From an uncultured Gammaproteobacteria bacterium (GTDB taxonomy: Bacteria; Patescibacteriota; Microgenomatia; JALYQM01): a stretch of DNA of 64,000 nucleotides. Under the pieces are notes generated by a model. The model saw nothing but the letters and a program-made list of their open reading frames with translations. It was not told the origin of the DNA and did no database searches. Below, piece after piece: positions 50,519 to 61,790 of the stretch (the first letter of the stretch is position 1; every line of letters starts with the position of its first letter). The stretch is taken from the NCBI GenBank assembly GCA_964535655.1, contig CAZHTP010000001.1, positions 250,862-314,861 of the forward strand, in the 5' to 3' direction. Both the position numbers and the translations under genes were made by a program.

Positions 50519-52819
50519 TCATTTATTTATTGTGTTTTTTGATTTGATGTTAAAAAATAAATAAACTGAGTATGTTACTAAGAATGAAAATCCAACTAAG
50601 GCAGCAATAACCCCTCCTTTCCAATATGTTGGTTCAAAATAAAATCTGAGTAAGTGTTTTCCTTTAGGTATTGATACTGCGCGAAAGTTGTAGTTGGCTT
50701 TAATAATAGGTACTTCTTTAGTATTCAGGGACGCATGCCAGCCTGGATAGTAGGTGTCAGACATAATAAAGTAACTTGCTGTCGAGGATTCAATTTGAAA
50801 TGTCATGTCTTGAGGAGTGTAGTTTCTTACGGCATAACTTGCCTGATAGTTGTAGGTAATTGTGTCTTTAGATTTATTAATTTTAGCAGTTTCTAATAAA
50901 ATTTGGGTTTTTGCGTCAAATTCGTTACTAAGTAAGGTTTTTAGAACTTTGTCAGAATCAGTTTCAAAATGGGCACTGTTTTCGGGTAAAATTTGAATTC
51001 GGGGGATAAATGTATTATTTTCATACAGGTATACTTTATCTGACTCGATGTAAGAGTTCTCATTTTCACTTGTAGGAATTCTGTGTTTATATTTTAGGCG
51101 GTAAGGGAATGTTTTAACTAGACTTAAATCAGCATTGTTAACGGGTATATCTGACAAAATATATTTTGTTGACTGGAGATCTAATGATTTTTTCATAGTA
51201 TCAGGAAATTTTATTTGGCTATTTTTAAAGTCAATGATTAAATGATTTGAATTTAAATCATGATGCCTTTTAATAAACAGCCCCGTGTAACCTTGACTGG
51301 AGTCGATATTGTAGATCATATTGAAATCCTGGTAAATCAGATTTTTGAAACCATACTGCAGATCCTGATTAAGCACCTGGTTATTACCCAGAATGTCTAC
51401 ACCTGCGGAATAGACTCTCCATTCGTGGAATTGTGTGTTTGGATATTTGCTTTGAATATACTTGGCGCTCTCAGGCATTTCTAACCATCGACTCGCATTA
51501 ATAGTTGGGATTACAGAACTATTATTGATAAAGAGATCTCCGTAGCTTATTGCTAGGATTATCATCCCGACAATCGTCATTTGATTCACGTTTCTCTTAT
51601 TTTCGATAAATTGGTCCAAACCAATGCTTGCTAGCATTGCAATAGAAAATTCTATAACAAATAATGATTTTAAGGGTAATCTAAAGAACTTTAGCCCAGG
51701 TATGGTTTCTCTAATTAATGTGTAAACTTGTGTTGAAGAACCTACTGCGTAGATATATGTTAGTGTTAGCAGGGAAAGATACACGAATATCCATCGTCTT
51801 TTTTCTCCCTGCACTCCTTTTTTAAAAATTGAAATTATTGCGTAAAATCCTAATATCAATGGCAGAATTCCAAGGTAGGGATAGATAGATTTTATATTAA
51901 CTGTTTGTCCTTGAATCTTTGTATATATTCGGTCTGCATACAATGGGTAGGCCTTAGGATTAATAAAAAAAATTAACGATTGAACTGGCCATTCTTCTAT
52001 TGCTGATTCTTCAGTAGTGACTCCGCCTACCCGTTGTGATTGTAGCGTTAACTCTACAGTGGAAAGAATCTGAGGCAGAACCAAAATACACGCAATAGTA
52101 ATTCCAATACAAAAAGTTACTGCTTTTATTTTAAAATTTTCAATAAATTGTTTGTTGAAAAATAAGCGTAAAATCAGATATACTCCGCCAAAAAGCAAGC
52201 TGTAATAGCTGAATTCTAAAGACCCTACAGACAGTTGAAGAAACAACACGATGGTAAAACAGAGGAAATACCATGCCAGTTTAAACTTATTTTCGCTCTC
52301 TTTCCAGGATATTATTTTATCAATAGTGAGCAGGAATAGGGGGAAATATGTTACGATCAAGACAATATTGGTATGTTGAATTCTCATTAATAGAGCACCG
52401 CAAAATGTATAGACTAGGCTTCCTAGTAATGAGCTGTGTGTTCTTAATTTAAGAATAGATTGAGTATATAAATATGTCCCTACTGCTGCGATCATGAACT
52501 GTATAAGCAAGATCCAGTTAAAGGCGGTGATTGTTGGTATTGGCAATCTAAAAAAAACTTGATTAAGCGGATATAGCGCTGCTAATCCACCTTCTGCAAA
52601 ATAGGGAAAGCCGTCAGAAATATTATCTGTCCAAAAAGGTATACCTTGGTGTTGGGAGAAGGAGCGATGTAGTAATTCTTTGGAGGGATAATTAGATGCG
52701 AATAAATCTGACTGAATTAATCCCGAAGAAAAAAAAGTATGTCCAAGAAAAACGACCTTAGGAAAAAATATTAGTACTGATATAATCAAGAGTACTATAG
52801 GGGTTATTTTTTTGATCAT
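50519..52819 (-). CDS. YfhO-family membrane protein (putative GT-C glycosyltransferase)
   Basis: PFWT...GFPYFAE...LYPLN, many TMs, YLGIL, SDTYYPGW, ANYNFRAV.IPKGKH. Confidence 0.8.
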   Translation of the reverse strand: MIKKITPIVLLIISVLIFFPKVVFLGHTFFSSGLIQSDLFASNYPSKELLHRSFSQHQGIPFWTDNISDGFPYFAEGGLAALYPLNQVFFRLPIPTITAFNWILLIQFMIAAVGTYLYTQSILKLRTHSSLLGSLVYTFCGALLMRIQHTNIVLIVTYFPLFLLTIDKIISWKESENKFKLAWYFLCFTIVLFLQLSVGSLEFSYYSLLFGGVYLILRLFFNKQFIENFKIKAVTFCIGITIACILVLPQILSTVELTLQSQRVGGVTTEESAIEEWPVQSLIFFINPKAYPLYADRIYTKIQGQTVNIKSIYPYLGILPLILGFYAIISIFKKGVQGEKRRWIFVYLSLLTLTYIYAVGSSTQVYTLIRETIPGLKFFRLPLKSLFVIEFSIAMLASIGLDQFIENKRNVNQMTIVGMIILAISYGDLFINNSSVIPTINASRWLEMPESAKYIQSKYPNTQFHEWRVYSAGVDILGNNQVLNQDLQYGFKNLIYQDFNMIYNIDSSQGYTGLFIKRHHDLNSNHLIIDFKNSQIKFPDTMKKSLDLQSTKYILSDIPVNNADLSLVKTFPYRLKYKHRIPTSENENSYIESDKVYLYENNTFIPRIQILPENSAHFETDSDKVLKTLLSNEFDAKTQILLETAKINKSKDTITYNYQASYAVRNYTPQDMTFQIESSTASYFIMSDTYYPGWHASLNTKEVPIIKANYNFRAVSIPKGKHLLRFYFEPTYWKGGVIAALVGFSFLVTYSVYLFFNIKSKNTINK

Positions 52820-52850
52820 TGTTTCATTAGTATAATGTTTCTTTAGGATT

Positions 52851-53942
52851 ATGAATATTGTTATCTTTAATTGGCGTGATATTGCAAACCCTTGGGCTGG
52901 TGGATCGGAGCTAAATGTTCATGAAATGGCTAAACGGTGGGTGTTTTCTGGCCAACAGGTTACAATGCTTGTCACCCGAAGTAATGCTCACTGGAGAGGA
53001 TCGAAAACCGAAATTATAGATGGCATAACAATTATACGTATAGGGGGAAGATTTTCGGTATATATACTAGCTCCACTTTACTATTTTTTATTTTTAAGAA
53101 CATGGACTGAAAGAATTGTAGATGTAGAGAATGGAATCCCCTTTTTTACTCCACTTTTTGCTCGTAAAAAAATCATATGCCTTGTTAATCACATTCATCG
53201 TCAAATTTTTTTTAAAGAAATGTGGTTTCCCTTTAGCTTAATCGGATATATTCTAGAGAGCTATGCTATGCCGTATTTTTATAGGAATATTCACTTTGTG
53301 GCGATTTCATTTACTACCAAACTTGCTTTAGAGCAAATTGGAATTCACAAGGAAAACATCTCAGTTATTCGTCCCGGAGTAGATTTGGTTCAATTTAAGA
53401 AAGGTAACAAAACTTTCGCCGATCCGACAATTTTATACCTCGGTAAAATAAAAAGATACAAAAATATATCCGTGCTTATTGATCTGCATTTGAGAATTCG
53501 TCAAGTAGTTCCTTCTGTTAAGCTAATTTTAGCTGGTGATGGTTATGATCGACCTGTTATCGAAGCGATTGTAAGAGAGAAAAATCTTTCTTCTGAGATA
53601 CAGGTTTTAGGACATGTAAGCGAATTAGAAAAAGTGAGGTTGTATCAAAATTCGTGGATCTATGTTACGCCGTCGCAGATGGAAGGATGGGGGCTTACTG
53701 TTATTGAAGCAAATGCTTGTGGATTGCCGGTTGTTGGTTTTTCTGTTCCAGGGTTGATTGACTCAATTGATTCTGGTAATTCAGGATATTTGGTCAAATC
53801 GTTTGAGGAGTTAGTAGAAAAAGTTGTACAGTTACTTACAAATAATGAGCTTCGCCATAAATTCAAGGAAAATGCATTACAACGTGCTCAATTATTTTCG
53901 TGGGAGAAAAGTAGTGAGGAATTCCTTACACTACTACTTTGA
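52851..53942 (+). CDS. Glycosyltransferase family 4
   Basis: NWRDIANPWAGGSE, NGIPFFTP, LGKIKRYK, EGWGLTVIEANACG. Confidence 0.9.
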   Translation: MNIVIFNWRDIANPWAGGSELNVHEMAKRWVFSGQQVTMLVTRSNAHWRGSKTEIIDGITIIRIGGRFSVYILAPLYYFLFLRTWTERIVDVENGIPFFTPLFARKKIICLVNHIHRQIFFKEMWFPFSLIGYILESYAMPYFYRNIHFVAISFTTKLALEQIGIHKENISVIRPGVDLVQFKKGNKTFADPTILYLGKIKRYKNISVLIDLHLRIRQVVPSVKLILAGDGYDRPVIEAIVREKNLSSEIQVLGHVSELEKVRLYQNSWIYVTPSQMEGWGLTVIEANACGLPVVGFSVPGLIDSIDSGNSGYLVKSFEELVEKVVQLLTNNELRHKFKENALQRAQLFSWEKSSEEFLTLLL

Positions 53943-55669
53943 TGTATATTTTAGGACTTAACCTATCTCATACTGCCACAGCATGTCTTTTAAAAGACGG
54001 AAGGATTGTCGGATGTGTAAGTGAGGAACGATTTACTCGGATTAAAAATTGCGATGGTTTTCCGAGTAACGCTGTTTCGTATCTACTCAAATTAGAATGC
54101 ATTTCAATGGATGACATTGATTTGATTGTCCATGCCGGACTTTATCTAACTCCCGCATGGAATCCAGTTACAGAGGAAGCCAAATGGTATGGCAGGCCGC
54201 TATTGATCTGTTACCGCTTTTTTGCGCGTATTCCGTTACTGGAAAGAGTTATTCGAACGGCTTTTAATTATATAACTAAACACAAGAGTAGAATTGCGTT
54301 ATCGAGGACTCTTTTGAAACGGTTAAGGGTAGATAAAAAAAAGCTCCTATTTGCTTCACACCATCAATGTCATTTGTATACCGCTTTCTATGGATTTGTG
54401 GATGAAACAATACGACATGATAATTTGCTGGTCCTTTCGCATGATGGTGAAGGTGATTTTTTATGTGGTCTTGTCTCAAAGTACGAGACGGACAAATTAA
54501 CTACCGTAACTGAGATTTTGGCAGGTAATTCGCTTGCTGCTCCTTATCTTTGTGCGACGGTACTTTTAGGAATGAAGCCTAATGAGCACGAATATAAAAT
54601 TATGGGCCTGGCACCGTATGCTTCACCGTATGAAACAGGTAAGGTGCTTCCTTTTTTTGAATCATTGATTGCAATAGACGGGTTAACTATTAAATCACGG
54701 ATTTCAATTAGAGCAGCGTTTGCTTATTTGCAGGAGAAACTAAGATTTTCTCGGTTTGATGGAATTGCTGGGGCGGTACAGATGTTTGTAGAGAAGAGAT
54801 CAATTGAATGGGTTAGTAATTGTATCGACATAGTACAGATTTCAAACATTGTTTTAACTGGTGGCTTTTTCATGAACGTTAAAGTTAACAAATCTGTTTC
54901 TGAATTAAAAAAAATAGACTCCCTTACTGTTTGCCCGAGCGCAGGAGACGAATCAATTGCAATTGGTGCGTGCTATTTCGGATACGAAAAGGCTGTAGAA
55001 AATACTTTAAAAAGTTTCTCACCTCAAATTATAACCGATTTGTACCTTGGTCCATGTTTTACTGACGATGAGATCGAATTATGTTTGGGTCGCTTCCGAA
55101 ATAGCGTGTTCTTTTCAAAGATTGTATGTATACCCGAAAAAGTAGCTCACTTACTTAGCATTGGAGAAATTGTAGCAAGGTTTGATGGTCGTAGCGAATG
55201 GGGTGCTCGATCTTTAGGCAATAGGTCGATCCTTGCTCATCCTGGATTAATTGAAAATGTTAGAAAAATTAATGAATCAATTAAAGAGAGGGATTTCTGG
55301 ATGCCGTTTTCCCCCACGATCCTTGATTACCGTGAGACTGACTATATCGTTAACCCTAAAAGAGTTGATTCTTCATATATGCAAATGAGTTTCAGTACAA
55401 CTGATTTGGGAAAAAAAGAATTAGTAGCAGCAATTCACTCGTATGATTTTTCTGTTCGACCTCAGATTCTAAAAAGATCTCAAAATGAGTCTTATTATAG
55501 CTTAATACAATCATTTGAAAAATTAACTGGTATTGGAGCTGTTCTTAATACCTCGTTTAATATTCATGGAGAACCAATTGTTTGCTCCCCAGATGACGCG
55601 GTTAAGACATTCCTGAAAAGTGATCTTCACTATTTACAGATTGGATCGTTTCTTGTTGAAAAAGCGTAA
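53942..55669 (+). CDS. O-carbamoyltransferase (NodU/CmcH/TobZ family)
   Basis: YILGL..SHTATA, EERFTRIK, HHQCH, DGEGD, EYKIMGLAPY, EWGARSLGNRSIL, RDFWMPF, NTSFNIHGEPIV. Confidence 0.92.
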   Translation: MYILGLNLSHTATACLLKDGRIVGCVSEERFTRIKNCDGFPSNAVSYLLKLECISMDDIDLIVHAGLYLTPAWNPVTEEAKWYGRPLLICYRFFARIPLLERVIRTAFNYITKHKSRIALSRTLLKRLRVDKKKLLFASHHQCHLYTAFYGFVDETIRHDNLLVLSHDGEGDFLCGLVSKYETDKLTTVTEILAGNSLAAPYLCATVLLGMKPNEHEYKIMGLAPYASPYETGKVLPFFESLIAIDGLTIKSRISIRAAFAYLQEKLRFSRFDGIAGAVQMFVEKRSIEWVSNCIDIVQISNIVLTGGFFMNVKVNKSVSELKKIDSLTVCPSAGDESIAIGACYFGYEKAVENTLKSFSPQIITDLYLGPCFTDDEIELCLGRFRNSVFFSKIVCIPEKVAHLLSIGEIVARFDGRSEWGARSLGNRSILAHPGLIENVRKINESIKERDFWMPFSPTILDYRETDYIVNPKRVDSSYMQMSFSTTDLGKKELVAAIHSYDFSVRPQILKRSQNESYYSLIQSFEKLTGIGAVLNTSFNIHGEPIVCSPDDAVKTFLKSDLHYLQIGSFLVEKA

Positions 55670-56332
55670 GCGTATAGCAGTGTATGTGTGCTCTACTATA
55701 GATTGGAGAATAGAAACTTTGGAGATACCGCCTGATCTCTGTGAAAAAATAATAGGTGTTTCCCCTATTTTGTATCCAAGCTGTTTTGCCGTATAGAGTA
55801 TCGATAAATCCAATGTCCAAGGCGTAATATTTGATCGATCAATATGATTGAGTAACTTTTTAGGAAATAATTTAAGCCCTGATTGAATATCGCAAGTTAG
55901 GCCAAATAGTACGTACCCATACAAGAATCGATGAATGGTACTTAAAATTTTCCTGTGGAGTTTTTCGTGATTGGTGTTTCTTCTGGCTACAACCACTGGA
56001 TATTCTGTTGCTAATCTTGCCATTTCTGGTATTGCTTCAGGGGGATATTGAAGGTCGGCATCAATCATAACAACATATTCGGTTGAAGATAACTCAATAC
56101 CTTGAATAATTGAATTTGCTTTTCCTTCACTGATACTATGTGTAATAATTTTTAAAGGGTATTGCTTGCAAATCATGTTTAGCACATTAACGGTGTTGTC
56201 AGTTGAACCATCATTAATAAAAATGATACTATACTGAATGTTATTATCTTCGCACGATGTCTTAATTCGTTTGAATAAATTTCTAAGATTTTCTGATTCG
56301 TTTTTAGCTGGAATAATAACGCTTATATGCAT
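55634..56332 (-). CDS. Glycosyltransferase family 2 (polyprenol-P-sugar synthase-like)
   Basis: SVIIPAKNE, NDGSTD, IDADLQYPPE, DIQSGLK. Confidence 0.88.
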   Translation of the reverse strand: MHISVIIPAKNESENLRNLFKRIKTSCEDNNIQYSIIFINDGSTDNTVNVLNMICKQYPLKIITHSISEGKANSIIQGIELSSTEYVVMIDADLQYPPEAIPEMARLATEYPVVVARRNTNHEKLHRKILSTIHRFLYGYVLFGLTCDIQSGLKLFPKKLLNHIDRSNITPWTLDLSILYTAKQLGYKIGETPIIFSQRSGGISKVSILQSIVEHTYTAIRLRFFNKKRSNL

Positions 56333-56335
56333 AGA

Positions 56336-57391
56336 ATGAAGGAATTATACCTTGGCGAAGTGTTAGAAAAAAGAAGTGTTCATGCTTCAGCTCCGGCCCG
56401 CCTTGATGTTGGTGGAACATGGGATATTAAAGGTCTTTCGCTTACACACGAATGGCTTTCTCCTACCACTACGAATATTGCAATCTCGTTGCGAACACAT
56501 GCGCAGCTCTTCCCATATGAATATGGTAAAGTAAAAGTTTCCAATTCAATTGAATCAGAAGAGTTCGCTATTGATGCTGCTCCTTTACAAGGTCCATTGC
56601 GATTACTTACGGCTATCGCTTCTCATTTTGGGCTACACGGCTATGAATTGAAACTTACTTACGAAGCTCCCCCCTTTTCGGGATTGGGAGGATCTGGTAC
56701 GGTAGGAGTCGCTTTTATTGGGGCACTTCAGGCCGCGCTTTGTCTATTACGATCCGAGGAGGTGATATATAACCCGCAAGATGCGGCATTTCGTGCCTAT
56801 AGTATTGAAGATAGCCTTGGAATTTCGTTGTGTGGTATGCAAGATCACTGCGCGGCGGCTTTTGGTGGAATTAGTAGATGGTCATGGTTGTATACTACTC
56901 CACAGCTTTTTAAGCGTGAGCATATTAATGATGAAAAAGTGATAGAAGAATTAAATGAACGGTTAATTGTTGCGTATTTGGGTAAAGGGCATAAGTCAAA
57001 GACGGTGAACGAAAAGCAGATGGAATCCTTTTGGAATGTTACTACTCGTAAAAACTGGTATGAAATAAACGAAATTTCTCATGAGTTTTACGACGCTGTA
57101 TCCGGTTTCCATTGGCATGACGCTGCTAGGCTACTCGCTCGCGAAAATGAAATACGAATTAGTTTAGTGCCTGAACGTCTTAATGAAACAGCATATTCTC
57201 TATTAAATATTGCTAACGCTTTTCCAGTAGGTTTTGCGGCCGCAGGGGCTGGTGATGGTGGTTGTGTTTGGGTGCTCTGTGCTAATTCTGAAGACAAAAC
57301 TAAGATTGAAGAAGATTTTCGTAAGGTGCTTGGAATAGGTGCAATTCTGCCGCTATCTATAGAGAATACAGGAATACAGCTTGAATATTAA
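56336..57391 (+). CDS. GHMP kinase, HddA-like (heptose-7-phosphate kinase)
   Basis: APARLDVGGTWD, PPFSGLGGSG, CGMQD, GAGDGGC. Confidence 0.75.
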   Translation: MKELYLGEVLEKRSVHASAPARLDVGGTWDIKGLSLTHEWLSPTTTNIAISLRTHAQLFPYEYGKVKVSNSIESEEFAIDAAPLQGPLRLLTAIASHFGLHGYELKLTYEAPPFSGLGGSGTVGVAFIGALQAALCLLRSEEVIYNPQDAAFRAYSIEDSLGISLCGMQDHCAAAFGGISRWSWLYTTPQLFKREHINDEKVIEELNERLIVAYLGKGHKSKTVNEKQMESFWNVTTRKNWYEINEISHEFYDAVSGFHWHDAARLLARENEIRISLVPERLNETAYSLLNIANAFPVGFAAAGAGDGGCVWVLCANSEDKTKIEEDFRKVLGIGAILPLSIENTGIQLEY

Positions 57392-58155
57392 TTTATTGAA
57401 AAATACTCAGGACCAAGATCAATGCCTTTTTCAAAATGCTTTCTTAATGTGTAATCGGTTCGCACTTTTTCTAAACCAGCTGGCGTGCCCATATCGGTTA
57501 TATATTCGTTTGTCATATAGGCATGGATAATATTTTTTTTCGAGTTGATAATTTTGGGGAAAAGATCCTTCTCAAATGAAACTTCATCTGAACTTGGCAT
57601 ATAATCAAATAGCTCTTTATTACAAACATATATTCCCCTATTGCTACAGTTTTTAATGGCAACATTGACAGGATGCGGGCGATTGATAACCCCAGTTATC
57701 TCGTTGTTACTATTTGTAATAAAGTGGTCACAAATTTCAGGTTGATAATAGCGAGAAGTTACAATAGTAGCGATCACGTTTGACGGCTGAGTTGTGTGAT
57801 ATTTAATTACAGATTTAATATCAAACTTCATTAAATAATCACAGTATAGAACAATGAATCTATCTGGGAGTTCATCTCTGATAAGATTTAAAGCGCCGGC
57901 CGTTCCTAATAGTTTATTTGGTTCAATAAATTTGATTGTAACTTCTAGCCGCTTACCATCTTCAAAATAGTTTTTTATTTGTTCCTTTAGATGATGTACC
58001 GAAATGTAGATCTCAGTAATTTTATTTTCTTTTAGAAACCGTAGAGTGTGTTCCAAGACTGGATACTGACCAATAGGTATTAGGGGTTTAGGGATTGTAT
58101 TAGTAAGGGGTAGCAATCGGGAACCAAGTCCTTCTGCAAGAATTACTGCTTTCAT
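57388..58155 (-). CDS. Sugar-1-phosphate guanylyltransferase-like nucleotidyltransferase (HddC/GMPP-like)
   Basis: MKAVILAEGLGSRLLPLT..PKPL, LGTAGAL, SFEKDLFP, DMGTP. Confidence 0.85.
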   Translation of the reverse strand: MKAVILAEGLGSRLLPLTNTIPKPLIPIGQYPVLEHTLRFLKENKITEIYISVHHLKEQIKNYFEDGKRLEVTIKFIEPNKLLGTAGALNLIRDELPDRFIVLYCDYLMKFDIKSVIKYHTTQPSNVIATIVTSRYYQPEICDHFITNSNNEITGVINRPHPVNVAIKNCSNRGIYVCNKELFDYMPSSDEVSFEKDLFPKIINSKKNIIHAYMTNEYITDMGTPAGLEKVRTDYTLRKHFEKGIDLGPEYFSIN

Positions 58156-58979
58156 CTGGTAGACGCTGTATATACATTTCTCAGAAGGCACGCGATGGTA
58201 AGTGGGCCAATTCCGCCAATGGTTGGGCAAAGTAACTTAGCCTTATTCTCAACTCCTTTTTCATCTACGTCGCCGAACGTTTTTTCTTTACCATCAATTT
58301 CTTCTTTTCCAACTCCAATTCCCATCACATATGCACCTTCTTTGACGTTAGCGGCGTTAATAATATGTTTCTTTCCGGTCGCTGAGATGATAATGTCAGC
58401 TCTACGGATTATGTCATTTGGATTTAATGTTTTTGAGTCTACTAATGTTGATGCGTTGCCATGTTTTTCTAGCAGATCACGGATCGGCTTACCAGCTGTT
58501 TTACCTTTTCCTAAGACAACAATGCTTTTGTTTTTCAGGAATGCATCAACAGGCTGAGTTTCGATTCTTGCAAACTCTTTGAGCATTTCCCAAGTACCTT
58601 CTGCAGTCGCGGGAATAAACGGAGAACCAGGGATAAAGCCATCAACATCTTTTTGAGGAGCTATCATATTAACCAGATCAAATGATTCCCAGCCTGGGTA
58701 AAGCGGTAGTTGTACAATAATGCCTTGAATTAAGGGATCGCTGTTTAGTTCATTTATTTTTGTTTTACACAATAATTGATCTGCAGGAGAAAACTCATAG
58801 GTTGTAACGTGGATGCCAATTTCGTCGCCTATGATAGTTTTGTGCTTGATATAGGTTCTTGAAGCAGGATGATTTCCGGCCAGGATGATAGCCAGGTTTG
58901 GATGTAATTTTTTATCAGCTATTTTAAGGCGTACTTCTTCTAGGATTTTCTGTGCGAGTGGTTTGCCTGAGACAATCAT
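58152..58979 (-). CDS. folD: Methylene-THF dehydrogenase/cyclohydrolase
   Basis: SRTYIKHK, GIIVQLPL, KDVDG, PATAEG, GGIGPLT. Confidence 0.93.
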   Translation of the reverse strand: MIVSGKPLAQKILEEVRLKIADKKLHPNLAIILAGNHPASRTYIKHKTIIGDEIGIHVTTYEFSPADQLLCKTKINELNSDPLIQGIIVQLPLYPGWESFDLVNMIAPQKDVDGFIPGSPFIPATAEGTWEMLKEFARIETQPVDAFLKNKSIVVLGKGKTAGKPIRDLLEKHGNASTLVDSKTLNPNDIIRRADIIISATGKKHIINAANVKEGAYVMGIGVGKEEIDGKEKTFGDVDEKGVENKAKLLCPTIGGIGPLTIACLLRNVYTASTR

Positions 58980-59017
58980 GTACGTATTCTATCATTATTT
59001 AGAGAATTTTAGTGACT

Positions 59018-60385
<1,368 letters not shown>

Positions 60386-60736
60386 TTATGCGCTTGCCGG
60401 GTGAGTTGGATTCTTGCTTAATTCTACGACTAAATCGAAGTTATCGTCGCCTGCGATACGATTGTAACGGATAAATCCGCAGAGTTCACATTGGTGAGAC
60501 AGCACGTATTCACCTGATTTCTTAGTATATGAAGAAATCGGCTTCATAAGACCTTTACATTGATTCCTTCTATCCCCCGGGGTATCAGTATCAACGTGTT
60601 TTGAATACAAGCAGAACGGACAATGATTTCGATACGATCCGCCGTAAACAATTGGATCTACATGTTTGCCACAACTACCACACTCAAAATCCTCATTCAA
60701 GGCTATCATGCGCTTTGGCTTTTTCTTATAGTGCAT
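60386..60736 (-). CDS. RNHCP domain protein
   Basis: FECGSCG...RNHCPFCLYSKHVD..PGDR...CKGLM...HQCELCG. Confidence 0.88.
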   Translation of the reverse strand: MHYKKKPKRMIALNEDFECGSCGKHVDPIVYGGSYRNHCPFCLYSKHVDTDTPGDRRNQCKGLMKPISSYTKKSGEYVLSHQCELCGFIRYNRIAGDDNFDLVVELSKNPTHPASA

Positions 60737-60776
60737 TGGTCCATTATATGCGTTTTGGTCATTTTAGGCAAATTTC

Positions 60777-61730
60777 CTACCGAATCTTCTTTCTCAGAAT
60801 CTTATAAAGTAAGAATAAACCGATGCATACGGGAACCCAAACGATGGCATACACCGCAATCATGATCGCAGCATAGGATATATTTTGAGCGAGAATGGTT
60901 AATCCTCGAAGAGATGCTTTAAATACGTTTGCAGGTTGCCATTTATTTTCTGGTGCTATCGGTAGTTCACTTTCATCGATCGCAAGATTGATTGTAATAT
61001 TTGATAATGCTGCGTTGCCTTCAAGATATTTAAGTTGGCCTTTGTATGAATCTATTTGTGTTTGAATTGAGTTTAGTTCGCGTTGTACTTCAAGAATTTC
61101 ATCAACCTTAACTGCTCTCTTAAGTAATTCCCGATATTGGGCAGCAGTTGCTTCGGAATTACTTATTTTTGCCTGCAAATCAATGAATTCACTTGTTACA
61201 TCATCAGAATTAATATTTTCATTAGTGACTTTAACTGAAGAAGACCGTAAATATGCTAAGAAATCATTGACACGATCTGTAGGAATTCGAGCCGACACAT
61301 ATCCAGATTTAGCATTGTTACCAGCGGTACTTATGTTAGTAGACGATAAATAGCCTCCTAATTGTTTTGCTTTTTCTTCAATACCTTTTGTGCTATCGTC
61401 AACGTTTTTAACTACAATACTCACATTTCCGTTTTTTATTATTTTTCGATCAGTGCCAGTTACTGGAGCTGGATCGGTAGGACGGATAGGCATTAGCATA
61501 TCTGGTGCTGCAACTCCGTCTGCCGCTATCTTAGCATTTTCACCTCGCATCATGGTTGATTCGAGAGAGTTTACAGAGCTTCCATATCCCATTTTTGAGT
61601 TATAAATTAAAGCGCTTGGAGCGTGATTATAGCCACCAAGCATCAGCTTCCCTGCTGCGGTGATAATTACTACAACAAAGGCAATTAAACATGCCAGAAG
61701 AAAATAATTTTTACGGCTGTCGGGTTGCAT
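60777..61730 (-). CDS. DUF4349-like membrane protein
   Basis: RKIIKNG, GGY, RIP, DVTSEFIDL, coiled coil, C-terminal TM. Confidence 0.8.
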   Translation of the reverse strand: MQPDSRKNYFLLACLIAFVVVIITAAGKLMLGGYNHAPSALIYNSKMGYGSSVNSLESTMMRGENAKIAADGVAAPDMLMPIRPTDPAPVTGTDRKIIKNGNVSIVVKNVDDSTKGIEEKAKQLGGYLSSTNISTAGNNAKSGYVSARIPTDRVNDFLAYLRSSSVKVTNENINSDDVTSEFIDLQAKISNSEATAAQYRELLKRAVKVDEILEVQRELNSIQTQIDSYKGQLKYLEGNAALSNITINLAIDESELPIAPENKWQPANVFKASLRGLTILAQNISYAAIMIAVYAIVWVPVCIGLFLLYKILRKKIR

Positions 61731-61790
61731 ATAGATCCTTTACTAAAGTTTATACTTTAATGATAGGTATATTTACTGCGTTTGTCAATT

